DNA of 64,000 nt from Mobula hypostoma (taxonomy: Eukaryota): contig NC_086097.1 of the NCBI RefSeq assembly GCF_963921235.1, forward strand, positions 235,912,001 to 235,976,000, written 5' to 3'. The notes under the pieces are model-generated. The model ran no database searches. It was not told the DNA's origin and saw only the letters and a program-made list of their open reading frames with translations. Made by a program: the position numbers and the translations under genes. Positions 1 to 12,635 of this stretch are shown here, one piece after another. Every line of letters starts with the position of its first letter. Position 1 is the stretch's first letter.

Positions 1-408
1 GATTATGCTCTCTTTTTGCTGCTGCCATTAGGAAGAAGGTACAAAATCCCCAGGAGTTCCACCACCAGGTTCAGAAACAATTATTACCTCTCAACTATCA
101 AGCTCTTGAAACAAAGTGGATAGACACTCAACTTCACTTGCCACATCACTGAAAGGTTCCTGCCTGTAGACTCACTTTCAAGGACTCTTCATCTCATGGT
201 TTTGAAATGTATTGCTTATTTATTTGTTATTATTATTATTGCTGCTTTCTTTTTGTACTTGCACACTTCGCTACCTTTGCACACTGGTTGCATGCCGAGT
301 TCGTGCTATCTTTCATTGACTCCATATCCGTAAGAAAATTAATCTCAGGGTAGTACATGGTGACATATATGTACTTTGATAATAAATTTACTCTGAATTT
401 TTGACTTT
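1..408 (+). mobile_element. Rex1/Babar-type LINE 3' fragment
   Basis: Start translates LFLLLPLGRRYKIPRSSTTRFRNNYYLSTIKLL, resembling the Rex1 ORF C-terminus (LLPSGRRYRS..TTRF.NSF.P.AIRLLN). Ends GTACTTTGATAATAAATTTACT..GAATTTTTGACTTT tail. Confidence 0.7.
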
Positions 409-597
409 AAAGTGTGGGCAGAAGGCATGAAGGTCAGTGACCTCTTTGGTTTGCAAGTCGGCGAGAGTGGAATTCCATGCCGAGTGTTCAGGGTCATTGT
501 CATCAGCTAGTCTAGCGTTCAAGACCTGAAGTTAAGGGTCTTTATCCGGGGTCCTCAGCATTGGTGAATTGGGATTGCTACTGAAGATTGAAGCACA

Positions 598-1155
598 AAC
601 ATAGAACAGAAAACATAGAAATTTATAGCACATTACTTGCCCTCCAGCTCACAATGTTGTGCCAACCATTTAACCTCCTCTAGAAACTACCTAGAATCTC
701 CCTTGCACATAGCCCTCTATTTTTATAAGCTCTATGTACCTCTCTAAGAGGCTCTTCAAAGACCCAGTTGTATCCGCTTCTACCACTGCCACTGGCAGTG
801 CATTCCACAAACGCACCACTCTCCTGAGTGAAAAACTTACCCCTACATCCCCTCAGTACCAGCTTCCAAGCACCTTAAAACTATGCCCTGGGAAAAAGCC
901 TCTGGTTATCCACACGACCAATGCCTCTCATCATCTTATACACCTCTATCAGGTCACTTCTCATCCTCCGCTGCTCCAAGGAGAAAAGGCCAAGTTCACT
1001 CAACCTAGTCTTATAAGGCACTGCCTCCAATCCAGGCAACATCCTTGTAAATCTCCTCTGCACTCTCTCTATAATGTCTACATCCTTCCTGTAGTGAGGT
1101 GACCAGAACTGAACACAGTACTCCAAGTGGGGTCTGACCAGGGTCTTACATAGCT
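598..1155 (-). mobile_element. CR1 LINE 3' fragment
   Basis: ORF 881-1174(-) [30 protein letters not shown] is the CR1 ORF2 C-terminus. (CATAGAA)-type tail near 600. Confidence 0.9.
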
Positions 1156-1499
1156 GGTCGATCAGAGGTCTCAAGGTCGACCCCGATGGTGGGAGCCCTG
1201 AGTCTGTGAGTTTACTGGGAAATCAAAGGCCCAATATCTGTGAGCCCGCAAGTCCAATGGAAGCCCGAGGCTGGGGGCTGCCGGTACTGGGGTTGGACAA
1301 CAGTGCGTGCTTTGGTGAGATGAAGGAGGAGCATGGGTTGTTTTGTTTTTGACGTGTTCTTTGTTGTTCTACCGAGCTTTGTGGGCATGCTATGTTGGTG
1401 CTGGAATGTGTGCAGACACTTGCAGGCTCTCACCTTAGATCGTTTTGCTTATTAACACAAACAATGCATTTCACTATATATTTTGATGTATATAATGTA

Positions 1500-1820
1500 A
1501 GTTTCATTGTCAAAGTACGTATATGTCACCATATACAACCCTGTGGGCATACTCAGCAAATATATAGAATAGTAACTATAACAGGGTCAATGATAGATCA
1601 ACCAGAGTGCAAAAGACAACAAACTGTGCAAATTCAAATAGAAATAAATAGAAATAAATAACAGGAACATGAGATAAAGAGTCCTTAAAGTGAAATAACT
1701 GATCAGAGGAACATTTCAATGAAGGAAAATAGAGTGTAGTTATCCCCTTTTATTCAAGATCGTGACGGTTGAGGGGTACTAAGAGCTCTTAAACCTGGTG
1801 TTCCTGAGGCTCCTGTACCT
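1500..1820 (-). mobile_element. Rex1/Babar-type 3' UTR fragment
   Basis: Near-colinear with 63448-63800 and reverse-complementary to the tail at 330-400. Confidence 0.55.
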
Positions 1821-1949
1821 GGGGTATGGAGGGAACGCTGGTACAGGGTTCTTTGTTGGATGATCAGCCATGATCATACTGAATGGCAGTGCAGGCTCGA
1901 AGGACTGAATGGCCTACTCCTGCACCTATTTTCTATGTTTCTATGTTTC
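1821..1949 (+). mobile_element. CR1 3' tail (young family)
   Basis: GATGATCAGCCATGATCAT..GGCCTACTCCTGCACCTATTTTCTATGTTTCTATG, the same tail as 30660-30790. Confidence 0.85.
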
Positions 1950-2271
1950 CATCTGAGCACAGGAGAAGAAAGCATGGCCATAAATAAATGAATCTGAACC
2001 TTCATTTTGCAATTGTGTGACAACTGAGTACCTCCAAATATTGCAAAGTAACCTTTCAAATAATATATAAGAAAAGGGCAAAGTCGTAAATCAATTCTAA
2101 TCACCATATCAAAACAAAACCCTGTGATGTTCTAAAACTGCTGGTTCGCTTGTTGTCATCTAATATGCAGCTGAAAATCAAAACTTGTTGTGATGGAAGG
2201 TCATTGACCTGAAATATTGACTCTATAATAGATGCAGTCTTAAGCATAGGAGATTCCACAGATACCGGAAT

Positions 2272-3941
2272 TTCTTTTTATTTATTCATTTACGGGATGT
2301 AGGCATCACCAACTAAACCAGCATTTATTGCCCATTCCTAGTTGCCCTTGAGAAGGAGGTGATGAGCTGCCTTCTTGAGCAGCCGCAGTCCCTGAGGTGT
2401 AGGTACACCCAGAGTGCTGTTCAGGAGGGAATGTCATGATTTTGACCCAGCAACAATGAAGAAACGGCAATCTGTTTCCGAGTCAGGATGGTGAGTGACT
2501 TGGAGAGGGATTTCCAAGTGGTGGTGTTCCCAGGTATCTGCTGCTCTCATCCTTCTAGATGGTGGTGGTTGTGGGTCTGGAAGGTGCTGCCTTAGGAACT
2601 TTGGTGTGTTGTTGCAGTGCATCTTGTAGATAGTACACACTGCTGCAACTGTTCGTCAATGGTGGAGGGATTGGATGCTTGTGGAAGAGGTAACAATCAA
2701 GTGGGCTGCCTTGTACTGGATGGTCTCAAGCTTCTTGAGTGTCGATGGAGCTGAACTCATCCAGGCGAGTGGTGAGTATTCCAGTACACTCCCGACCTGA
2801 GCCATGTAGATGGTGGACAGGAGGTGAGTTATACGCTGCAGGATTCCTAGCCTTCGACCTGCTCTGGTAGCCACAGTGTTTATATGGCTAGACCAGTTCA
2901 GTTTCCTGTCTATGGTAACTCCCAGGATGTTGACAGTAGGGGATTCAGTGATAGTAATGCCACTGAATGTCAAGGGACGATGGTTAGAGCCTCTTGTTGC
3001 AGATGGTCATTACCTGGCACGTGCGTGGCTCAAATATTACTCGACATTTGTCAGCCCAAGGCTGGATATAGTCCGGATCCTGCTGCATTTGGGTGTGTAC
3101 TGCTTCACTACTTGTGGAGTCATGAACGGTGCAGACCATTGTGCAGTCATCTGCGAACATCCACACTTCTGGCCTTATGATGGAAGGAAGGTCACTGATG
3201 AAGCAGCTGAAGATGATTGGTCCTAGGACGGTTCCCTGAGGAACTCCTGCAGTGATGTCCTGAAGATGAGATGATTGACCTCCAACCACCTCAACCATCT
3301 TCCTTTGTGTCAGGTATGATTCCAACCAGCTGAGGGTTTTTCCCCCAAAGTCCCATTGACTCCATTTTAGCTAGGGCACCTTGATGCCATACTAGGTCCA
3401 ATGTTGTCTTGATGTTGAGGGCTATCACTCTCACCTCACCTCTGGTATTTAGCTCTTTATTCCATGTTTGAACCAAGGAGGTGATGAGGTCAGGAGCTTA
3501 GTGGACTTGACAGAACCCAAACTTGGCATCCGTAAGCAGGTTACTGCTGAGTAGGTGCTGCATGATAGCACTGTTGATGACCCTTGCCATTGCTTTGCTG
3601 ATGATCGAGATTAGACTGATAGGGCAGTAATTGGCTAGGTCGGACTTGTCCTGTTTCTTGTGTACAAGACACACCTGGGCAATTTTCCACATTGCCAGGT
3701 AGCTGCCGGTGTTGAAGCTGTACTGGAACAGCTTGTTCAGCGGCACAGTAAGTTCTGGAGCACAAGTCTTAAAGATTATTGCCAGGATTTTGTCTGGGCC
3801 CGTAGCCTTTGCAGTATCATGTGCTTTCAGCCGTCTCTTGATATCAGATGGAGTGAATCTGATTGGCTGCATACTGACATCTGGGACGCTGGGAACTTCT
3901 GGAGGAGGCCAAGCTGGATCATCTACTTGGCACTTCTGACT
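2272..3941 (-). mobile_element. Degenerate CR1/L2-group LINE, RT and 3' end, 5'-truncated
   Basis: Consecutive frameshifted minus-strand ORFs: KATGPDKI..NYCPISL, AGVPQGTVLGP..FADDCT, LGVTIDRKLNWSSHI, LEYSPLAW. 3' tail GGGCAATAAATGCTGG..GAATAAATAAAA. Confidence 0.85.
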
Positions 3942-3950
3942 GAATCTAGA

Positions 3951-4037
3951 GGAACACACACAAAATGCTGGAGGAACTCAGCAGGTCAGGCAGCATCTAT
4001 GGCAAAGAATAAAAAGTCGATGTTTCAGGCCAAGACT
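3951..4037 (-). mobile_element. Penelope-like pseudo-LTR end fragment
   Basis: AACACACACAAAATGCTGGAGGAACTCAGCAGGTCAGGCAGCATC, homologous to the other PLE termini in the window. Confidence 0.7.
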
Positions 4038-4658
4038 ATTCTTTTTTATGTTTGTACTTTTAATATACAGCACACGGTGTTTTGCTTTTGTAAGCTAAAC
4101 TTAAAATGGTTTGGAATCTTTCACCTTATTTTCTGATGTGATGCATTCAGATGAATTTGATTTCACACATGTAATGCTGCAAATGGGAACAAAGAACTAA
4201 TTAAGATCAATGATTACAATTAGACTAAAACAATTTTGTTTAATTAACCTTTTAAATAAAACATTAGGGAGGAATTGCACTCTAGGTACTGAAGAGCATA
4301 AGAAGGATTTATTTTGCATAATGGCTGCCAATCATTTACATCCGTAAGTCCTTTATACCTGCAAAAATACTTGGCAGCAATGCCATTTTTGTAGTGAAGA
4401 AAATTGCATCCAATTTGCACATCACAAACAAACAGGAAAGAGATAAATCATCAGTTTAGTTAGATGATGAAGAGTGATAAATATCCATCAAACTAAAAAT
4501 AAACATTCTCTTCCTTAACATTTATCCTTGGCACATTTATGATCTCCTAAAGAGACAGATAAGAAATAATGACAAAAGAATGGGAGCAGATAAATCACAT
4601 GACCCCTTGAGACTGTCTCACCATTTAACTGATCAGATCTTCTTCATCTTCTTCTTGA

Positions 4659-5095
4659 GGTCTCCCTGCCTTCTGTCCAAGACCTCTTTCAGAGTCGATG
4701 CCTCCAGAAGACACGATACATCATTAAAGACCCCTCACACCCTCTCCATGAACCGTTTGTTCTTCTGCCATCAGGCAAACGTTACAGGATCATCAAAACT
4801 AAAACCACAAGGCTACTAAACAGCTTCCTCCCACATGCAGTCAGACTGCTAAATAGCTGCTCTACCTGACTCTGTTTTGGACACTTTTAACTTGCACTGG
4901 ACACTTATAACTGATTTAACTGACATGTGGCTGTTGTGTTTTACTATTTATTGTTCTGTTTATTATTTAGTGTTGCGTTTGTTATGTTATGATTGCACTG
5001 CCCCTGAGGAACGCTCTCTCATTCTGCTCTGCAGAGCTGATGTATGGTTAGAATGACAATAAAGTTTTTTGAATCTTCAATGAATCTTGAATCTT
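4659..5095 (+). mobile_element. Rex1/Babar LINE 3' end
   Basis: Translates IIKDPSHPLHEPFVLLPSGKRYRIIKTKTTRLLNSFLPHAVRLLN. AATAAA followed by a (TGAATCT)n tail; flanked by CTTCTT..GAGG direct repeats. Confidence 0.85.
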
Positions 5096-5246
5096 CTTCT
5101 TCTTCTTCTTCTGAGGTTTAATGGCAGTTTTTCACACCATTCTCCATAAACTCTTGAGACTGCTTTGTGTGAAAATCCAAGGATATCAAAAGTTTCTCAG
5201 ATACTCAAACCGCCCCATCTAGCACAAACAATCATTCCACGGTCAA

Positions 5247-5651
5247 GCAACACACATAAAAGTTGCTGGTGAACGCAGCAGGCCAGGCAGCATCTCTAGG
5301 AAGAGGAACAGTCGACGTTTCGGGCCGGGACCTTTCGTCAGGACTACCAGAAAGAAAAGCTACTGAGAGATTTGAAAGTGGGACGGGGAGGAGGAGATCC
5401 AAAATGATAGGAGAAGACAGGAGGGAGAGGGATGGAGCCAAGAGCTGGACAGTTGATTGGCAAAAGGGATATGAGAGGATCATGGACAGGAGGCCCAGGG
5501 AGAAGGAAAAGGGGGAGGGGTGGAAAACCCAGAGGATGGGCAAGGGGTATAGTGAGAGGGACAGAGGGAGAGAAAGGAGAGAGAGAAAAAGAATGTGTGT
5601 ATATAAATAAATAAATAACGGATGGGGTACGAGGGGGAGGTGGGGCATTAG
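5247..5651 (-). mobile_element. Solo Penelope-like pseudo-LTR unit with 14-bp TSD
   Basis: Homologous to 32455-32857 and 63004-63397. Flanked by CATTCCACGGTCAA (5233-5246) and CATTCCATGGTCAA (5652-5665). Confidence 0.85.
5309..5346 (-). ncRNA. Minimal type I hammerhead ribozyme motif
   Basis: Minus strand reads TAGTC CTGACGA AAGGTCCCGGCCC GAAA CGTC GACTG. Core CUGANGA/GAAA/GUC is intact and stem I is TAGTC:GACTG; one stem II pair is mutated. Confidence 0.7.
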
Positions 5652-5959
5652 CATTCCATGGTCAATGTCACTTAGATCACATTTCTTCACCATTCTGTGT
5701 TTGATCCGAATAACAACTGAGCCAGTTCTTCCTCTTCCTCTTCTTCTGAGGTATTATGGTGATTGGCAAACAGCTTTAAGGTGCATTACTGCCACCTTCT
5801 GAATGGGACTGTGGGTCAGGATATTTATAGTTGTATCAAATTCTATTAAAAAGACCTGTACTCTTAAAGAACTGTGCTATATATTTAAAGCAATAATCCT
5901 GTGATTCTTCATGCAGAATATGGTTATTATTAAATTGTATTTTATTCTGTGATAACTTT

Positions 5960-6223
5960 GGGGTGGCATGGTGGTGTACTGGTTAACACAATGCCTTTCA
6001 GTACCAACGACCTGGGTTCAATTCCAGCTGCTGCCTACAAGGAGTTTGCACGTTCTCTCCGTGACACTGTGGGGTTCCTTCGGTTTCCTCCCACAGTCAA
6101 AAGATGTACCAGTTAGTAAGTTAATTGGTCAGTGTAAATTGGAGGATTGCTGGGCGGCATGACTCAAAAGGCCAAGAGGGCCTGCTCTGCATTGTCTGAC
6201 AATTAATAAATAAAATAAATAAA
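5960..6223 (+). mobile_element. tRNA-derived V-SINE (HE1-like)
   Basis: A-box-like TGGTGTACTGG, B-box GGTTCAATTCC, V-domain GGAGTTTGCACGTTCTC..GGTTTCCTCCCACAGTC, A-rich tail. Confidence 0.8.
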
Positions 6224-6811
6224 CTTTAAATCAATCATCGCCTCTCTTGATTATATCTTGAAATCTCACCAGTATATACTCAACCGTTTCGTGTTGATTA
6301 CAATATTCATACTTCCCATTATTGTGTTTCTTCATTAAAAACGATGTACTATTTAACCCTATGTACCCAAACCTCAATCTTTATACTATCACCTTCTTCC
6401 TCTTGCTTTTTCCTGCATTCCTCGACCATCCCCCTTCTATTTGGATATTATAAAGATTTCTTCACCCCACTGTTTTCTCCACATTTTTTGATGTCACTTT
6501 AATAATGTTTTTCACTTCTCCTTTACTGTACTTTATTTGTATGTCCACTTCTGCCCGTACTGAGCAGAATCAGAATCAGGTTTATTATCATTGGCATATG
6601 TTGTGAAATTTGGGTTTGGCATCAGTACAATCCAATACATAATATTCAAAAAAAGCATGAATTACTATATATATAATAGTTAAATTAAGTAATTAGTGCA
6701 AAAGCAGTAATAAAAAAGTCATGAGGTAGTGTTCATGGGTTAGATTAGATTAGATTATGAGAACACTCAGTCCTCTTTTATTGTCATTTAGAAATGCATA
6801 CATGCATTAAG

Positions 6812-9389
6812 AAACCATAAAAACCATAGAAACTACAGCACAGAAACAGGCCTTTTGGCCCTTCTTGGCTGTGCCGAACCATTTTCTGCCTAGTCCCACT
6901 GACCTGCACGCGGACCATATCCCTCCATACACCTCCCATCCATGTATCTGTCCAATTTATTCTTAAATGTTAAAAAAGAACCCGCATTTACCACCTCATC
7001 TGGCAGCTCATTCCATACTCCCACCACTCTCTGTGTGAAGAAGCCCCCCCTAATATTCCCTTTAAACTTTTCCCCCCTCACCCGAAACCCATGTCCTCTG
7101 TTTTTTTTCTCCCCTTGCCTCAGTGGAAAAATCCTGCTTGCATTCACTCTATCTATACCCATCATAATTTTATATACCTCTATCAAATCTCCCCTCATTC
7201 TTCTACGCTCCAGGGAATAAAGTCCTAACCTATTCAACCTGTCTCTGTAACTGGGTTTCTCAAGTCCTGGCAACATCCTTGTAAACCTTCTCTGCACTCT
7301 TTCAACCTTATTTATATCCTTCCTGTAATTTGGTGACCAAAACTGAACACAATACTCCAGATTCGGCCTCACCAATGCCTTATACAACCTCATCATAACA
7401 TTCCAGCTCTTATACTCAATATTTTGATTAATAAAGGCCATTGTACCAAAAGCTCTCTTTACAACCCTATCTACTTGTGACGCCACTTTTAGGGAATTTT
7501 GTATCTGTATTCCCAGATCCCTCTGTTCTACTGCACTCCTCAGTGCCTTACCATTAACCCTGTATGTTCTACCTTGGTTTGACCTTCCAACGTGCAATAC
7601 CTCACACTTGTCTGTATTAAACTCCATCTGCCATTTTTCAACCCATTTTTCCAGCTGGTCCAAGTCCCTCTGCAGGCTCTGAAAACCTTCCTCACTGTCT
7701 ACTACACCTCCAATCTTTGTATCATCAGCAAATTTGCTGATCCAATTTACCACATTATCATCCAGATCATTGATATAGATGACAAATAACAATGGACCCA
7801 GCACTGATCCCTGTGGCACACCACTAGTCACAGGCCTCCACTCAAGAGAAGCAATTCTCTACCACCACTCTTTGGCTTCTACCATTGAGCCAATGTCTAA
7901 TCCAATTTACCACCTCTCCATGTATACTTAGCGACTGAATTTTCCTAACTAACCTCCCATGCGGGACCTTGTCAAAGACCTTACTGAAATCCATGTAGAC
8001 AATATCCACTGCCTTCCCTTCAACCACTTTCCTGGTAAACTCCTCGAAAAACTCCAATAGATTGGTCAAACATGACCTACCACGCACAAAGCCATGTTGA
8101 CTCTCCCTAATAAGTCCCTGTCTATCCAAATGCTTGTAGATTCTGTCTCTTAGTACTCCCTCCAATAACTTACCTACTACCGACGTTAAACTCACCGGCC
8201 TATAACTTCCCGGATTACTTTTCAATCCTTTTTGAAACAACGGAACAACATGAGCCACTCTCCAATCCTCCGGCACTTCACCTGTAGACAGCGACATTTT
8301 AAATATTTCTGCCAGGGCCCCTGCAATTTCAACACTAGTCTCCCTCAAGGTCCGAGGGAACACCCTGTCAGGTCCCGGGGATTTATCCACTTTAATTTTC
8401 CTCAAGACAGCAAGCACCTCCTCCTTTTCAATCTGTACAGTTTCCATGATCTCACTACTTGATTCCCTCAATTCCATAGACTTCATGCCAGTTTCCTCAG
8501 TAAATACAAATGCAAAAAACCTATTTAAGATCTCTCCCTTTTCCTTTGGTTCCGCACGTAGCCGACCACTCTGGTCTTCAAGAGGACCAAGTTTATCTCT
8601 TACAATCCTTTTTCTCTTAATACACCTGTAAAAGCTCTTTGGATTATCCTTCACTTTGACTACCAAGGTAACCTCATGTCTTCTTTTAGCCCTCCTGATT
8701 ACTTTCTTAAGTATTTTCTTGCACTTCTTATACTCCTCAAGCACCTGATTTGCTCCCTGTTTCCTATACATTTCATACAACTCCCTCTTCTTCTTTATCA
8801 GAGTTGCAATATCCCTTGAGAACCAAGGTTCCTTATTCCTATTCAATTTGCCTTTAATCCTGACAGGAACATACAAACTCTGCACTCTCAAAATTTCCCC
8901 TTTGAAGGCTTCCCACCTACCAATCACATCTTTGCCAGAGAACAACCTTTCCCAATCCATGCTTTTTAGATCCTTTCTCACTTCTTCAAATTTGGCCTTC
9001 TTCCAGTTCAGAACCTCAACCCTAGGACCAGATCTATCCTTGTCCATGAGCAAATTGAAACTAATGGTGTTATGATCACTAGAACCAAAGTGCTCCCATA
9101 CACAGACTTCCGTCACTTGTCCTAACTCGTTTCCTAACAGGAGATCCAAAATTGCATCCCCTCCAATTGGTCCCTCTATATATTGATTTAGAAAACTTTC
9201 CTGAACACATTTTAAAAACTCTAAACCATCTAGACCCCTAACAGTATGGGAGTCCCAATCAATGTATGGAAAATTAAAATCCCCTACCACCACAACTTTA
9301 TGTTTCCTGCAGTTGCCTGCTATCTCTCTGCAGATTTGCTCTTCCTAGTCTCGTTGACTATTGGGTGGTCTGCAATACAATCCCACTAA
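6812..9389 (-). mobile_element. CR1 LINE, 5'-truncated (APE C-terminal half, RT, 3' UTR)
   Basis: ORFs 7842-9293 and 6890-7831: GDFNFP..ILDL..SDH (APE), KSPGPD, YRPVSLTS, GVPQGSVLGP, KFADDT. Tail AAACCATAGAAA. Confidence 0.95.
6890..9293 (-). pseudogene. CR1 ORF2 (endonuclease/reverse transcriptase) with a single frameshift near 7845
   Basis: 483-aa and 313-aa ORFs join at ENCFS/EWRPVTSGVPQG if one extra base is removed. Confidence 0.9.
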
Positions 9390-11354
9390 TGATACGATTT
9401 TCCTCCAGAGTGATATCACAGAAAAACAGGATAAACCAAAGACTAACACTGACAGAACCACATAATTATAACATATAGTTACAGCAGTGCAAAGCAATAT
9501 CATAATTTGATAAAGAACAGACCATGGGCATGCTAAAAAAAGTCTCAAATCCCGATCGACTCCTGAGTCCCCGATAGCAGGCCGCAAAAGGGAGAAACTC
9601 CCTGCCTTAAACCTCCAGGCACCGTCAACTTGCTGATGCATTGGAAGCACCCGACCACAGCCGACACATGGTCCGTCCATCCAAAAACTTCGAGCCTCCG
9701 TCCAGCCCCTCCAATACAGCCTCCCTTGCACCTTCGACCTCTCCCCGGCCGCTGAAACAAGCAAAGCCAAGTATTCAGGGCCTTCTGCTCTGGAGATTCC
9801 GGTTACCACACAATAGCAGCGGCAGCGAAGCGGGCATTTCAGAAGTTTCTCCAGATGTTCCTCCGTATTCTCACGTCTGTCTCCTTCAAATCAGAATTGT
9901 GCACAGTACCCTACTTGACAGATTACAGATATCGTTCGCTGGAGAGGCCGCGTGCCCATTCAATGCCCATTCAGAAACTGGATGGCAGAGGGGAAGAAGC
10001 TGTTCATGAATTACTGAGTATTTACCTTCAGGCTTCTGTACCTCCTTCCTGATGGTAGCAGTGAGAACAAGACATGACCTGGGTGATGGGGATCCTTAAT
10101 GTTGAATGCTGCCTTTTTGAGACATTGCTCCTGGAAGATGTCCTGGGTAGCTTTGTGTCAGCTCTACTCACATCTCTTCAAGACCACGTTTCTTGAATAT
10201 GATCGATAACACAGCCTTCACAGTAGAATATTTATCTTGCTTTTGCCTCAGCTTTCTGGAGAGAATTTTGAAACCACAACTAATTGAACAATAAGCCCAA
10301 TTAATTCAGTGTCTGATGAAAGGTGAGAATGGTGATCAATGTGTCCAAAAAAAATGAAAGCACACTTGCAAATTGGCTCTTTGTAGATCAGGATACTGTC
10401 CAAAAACAAAATGCTTGCAGAAGAACACAAAGTGATAAAAAGGTGAAATGATTTCAGCAAAGTAACCAGCAAAATTACTTTGATTAGCTACACACCAGCC
10501 TGCTGCTCAGCATGCGTATCCAAGTTGTGTCAATCTGTGTAGGGTTTGCAGAGGTCACTAGACAGGTGCTGGAAATTAGCATAAAATGATAAAATCTCCA
10601 CCTTCACTCAAAATGGTAGATGTCTGTGAAGTCTTTAAACAGAAGCTTTGCAAGTCTGGAGCACCGTCCTCCTGGACCTGACTTCCTTGAGTAGGTTTAA
10701 AAATTGATATAAATCATTCTGAGGTTTCTTCATGATTTCTGACAGTGTCACTGAAGTTCAAACTCTGTCCAATTTGGGGAAGGATGTGTTTGCCTAGGTT
10801 GTTTTTTGCATCTCATTACCTGATCTGCCATATCTTCTTGAAAGTAGAATTTCTTTTAGTGATTGTGAATAACACCATGGATATCCACATAGGATGAGCA
10901 AGGACATTTCATGTGTTTACAAAATAGTCTAAAATGTCAAAGGCGAATCAAAATTATTCTGTTGGCTCAAATAACAAGATGAGACATGGATCTGATAGGT
11001 TTACATGGACCCTCGCGGCTGTAACATTCCATGATTCCCAAAAGGAATCATGAAAAGGACTCTTGAACAGTCCTACAACTTTCTTTTTTTATCAAGCTTT
11101 TCAACAACAAGAGTGCAAAGTCAAAGGATTTCTGTTCAGTTTTTGACAGCGTGTTTGAGGCAGGTCCTATTATTTCTCACTTCAGCTACTGAACTTTTTC
11201 CTTCTTTCTAAACACGTGGAAAGAAAATTAGAGTTCTAGGTGGAGGAAGCAGGAACGAACATGGCAATTTGAAGAATCTTCCAAAAACGATGTGGTCAGA
11301 AATGCATGGTAACATTACAGTAAGAACAAACAGATCCTCTGTGAAGAAATCATG

Positions 11355-11700
11355 AATTATGAGGGGTAGAGATAAGGTAAATACAAGCAGACTTTTTCCA
11401 CCGAGGTTGGAACAACAACTGGAGATCATGGGTTAAGGGTGAAAGGTGGAGGGTATAAGGAGAGCATGAGGGGAAACTTTTTCACTCAAGAGGGTCGTGA
11501 GAGTGTGGAACGAGCTTCCAGCACAAGTGGAGCATGCAAGCTCGATTTCAATGTTTATGTGAAGCTTAGATAGGCGCATGGATAGTACGGGTTTGGAGGG
11601 CAATGGTCGCAGTGCAGGTCAATAGGATTAAGTATTTTAAATGGTTTCCGCATGGACTAGATAGGCCACAGGGCCTGTTTCTGTGCTGTACTTTATTTGA
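11355..11700 (+). mobile_element. CR1 3' fragment
   Basis: Degenerate ORF2 end (TTCACTCAAGAGGGTCGTGAGAGTGTGGAACGAGC) and GGGCCTGTTTCTGTGCTGTA tail. Confidence 0.8.
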
Positions 11701-12167
11701 CTCTAGAACTTGAATTGACTGTTGTCTTCAAAGTTCAAAGTACATTTATTATCCCAAGTATATATATATTAAAAAATCTTGAGATTTGTCTCCTTACAGG
11801 CAGCTACAAAACAAAGAAACCCAAAAGAACCCAGGAAAAAACAGGAAGACCGACAAACACACAAAGTGCAGAGAGAAAAATTACCAAATCGTGCGAAGGA
11901 TTAATAAGTGAGTAATAATGTTGGATCTCATTTCTAATTATTGTCAGTGTTGTAGGGGAAAGATAGTGAGGGCTGATAACTAGTAAATAGGAATATGGGT
12001 GTACTCATGTGGTAACAAGGAACTGCAGACAAAGCCTTGATGTAGAGACATGGAATGCAGCAGTAGTGACATCCAAGTTTCAGGAATTTCATTAATATTG
12101 TTATAACGTGCACACACTGTCATAGAAAATTGAATTTACTTTTTGACCTGTAGAGAATCATCTTATT

Positions 12168-12450
12168 CCAGATTCAAGGATTCAAAATACATTTATTATC
12201 AAAGTACGTATGCAGTATACAACCCTGAGATTTGTCTTCCCACAGATTATCATGAAGCAAAGAAAGTCAGAGAATTCGTTCAAAGAAAAACATCAAACGC
12301 CCTCCCACATGCAAAAAATACAAATTGTACAAATGTCAAAAAAGAACGCAAACACAGAATATAAAACATCAAACTACAAAGTTATCGAAAGAGTACAGAC
12401 ATAGTCAATCCAGCTCAGCTCAGCTTAGCACAGTGCTTGTGTTTTTATTA
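12168..12450 (-). mobile_element. Rex1-type tailed repeat fragment (similar piece at 11728-11915)
   Basis: TTCAAAATACATTTATTATCAAAGTACGTATGCAGTATACAACCCTGAGATT tail; related to 41560-41836(+). Confidence 0.55.
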
Positions 12451-12635
12451 TCTGTAATCAAAATCTAGTCTGCTAATTGATTGTCTTCCTGTACCTAGTC
12501 TAGAACCTAGTCTGCTACCTGATTAAGTCTTTTTGTAGCCACCGTTCTGTTATCAAGTTGTGGTTTTACTGGTAATCTCGTCTACTGAGAATGTACAAGA
12601 GGTAACCATTTTAAACTTTTGGTTATATCTGATTT

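Larger units (their letters stand above)
5127..5720 (-). mobile_element. Tc1-like DNA transposon remnant (transposase N-terminus), split by a PLE insertion
   Basis: Joining the flanks gives MVKKCDLSDIDHGM/IVCARWGGLSI*ETFDILGFSHKAVSRVYGEW, matching the Tc1 N-terminal HTH pattern MGKKGDLSDFERGMVVGARRAGLSISETA..LGFS..TISRVYREW. Confidence 0.75.
6741..9956 (-). mobile_element. Non-autonomous CpG-rich retroelement split by CR1 (pieces 6741-6814 and 9389-9956)
   Basis: Homologous to 17030-17626 and 18960-19638. (TAGAT)n tail. Confidence 0.75.
6566..10150 (-). mobile_element. Rex1/Babar-type 3' fragment split by nested insertions (pieces 6566-6740 and 9957-10150)
   Basis: (CAGAAT)n tail at 6566. 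The two pieces rejoin into a sequence colinear with the uninterrupted copy at 54170-54560. Confidence 0.7.

Noticed and set aside
5232..5693. 153-aa hydrophobic, membrane-protein-like ORF (similar ones at 32361-32846 and 63008-63304)
   Set aside because: Translation of the pyrimidine-rich PLE pseudo-LTR fused to Tc1 codons.
11030..11052. Perfect 9-bp hairpin CATGATTCC-CAAAA-GGAATCATG
   Set aside because: Short and isolated; compatible with chance in 64 kb.
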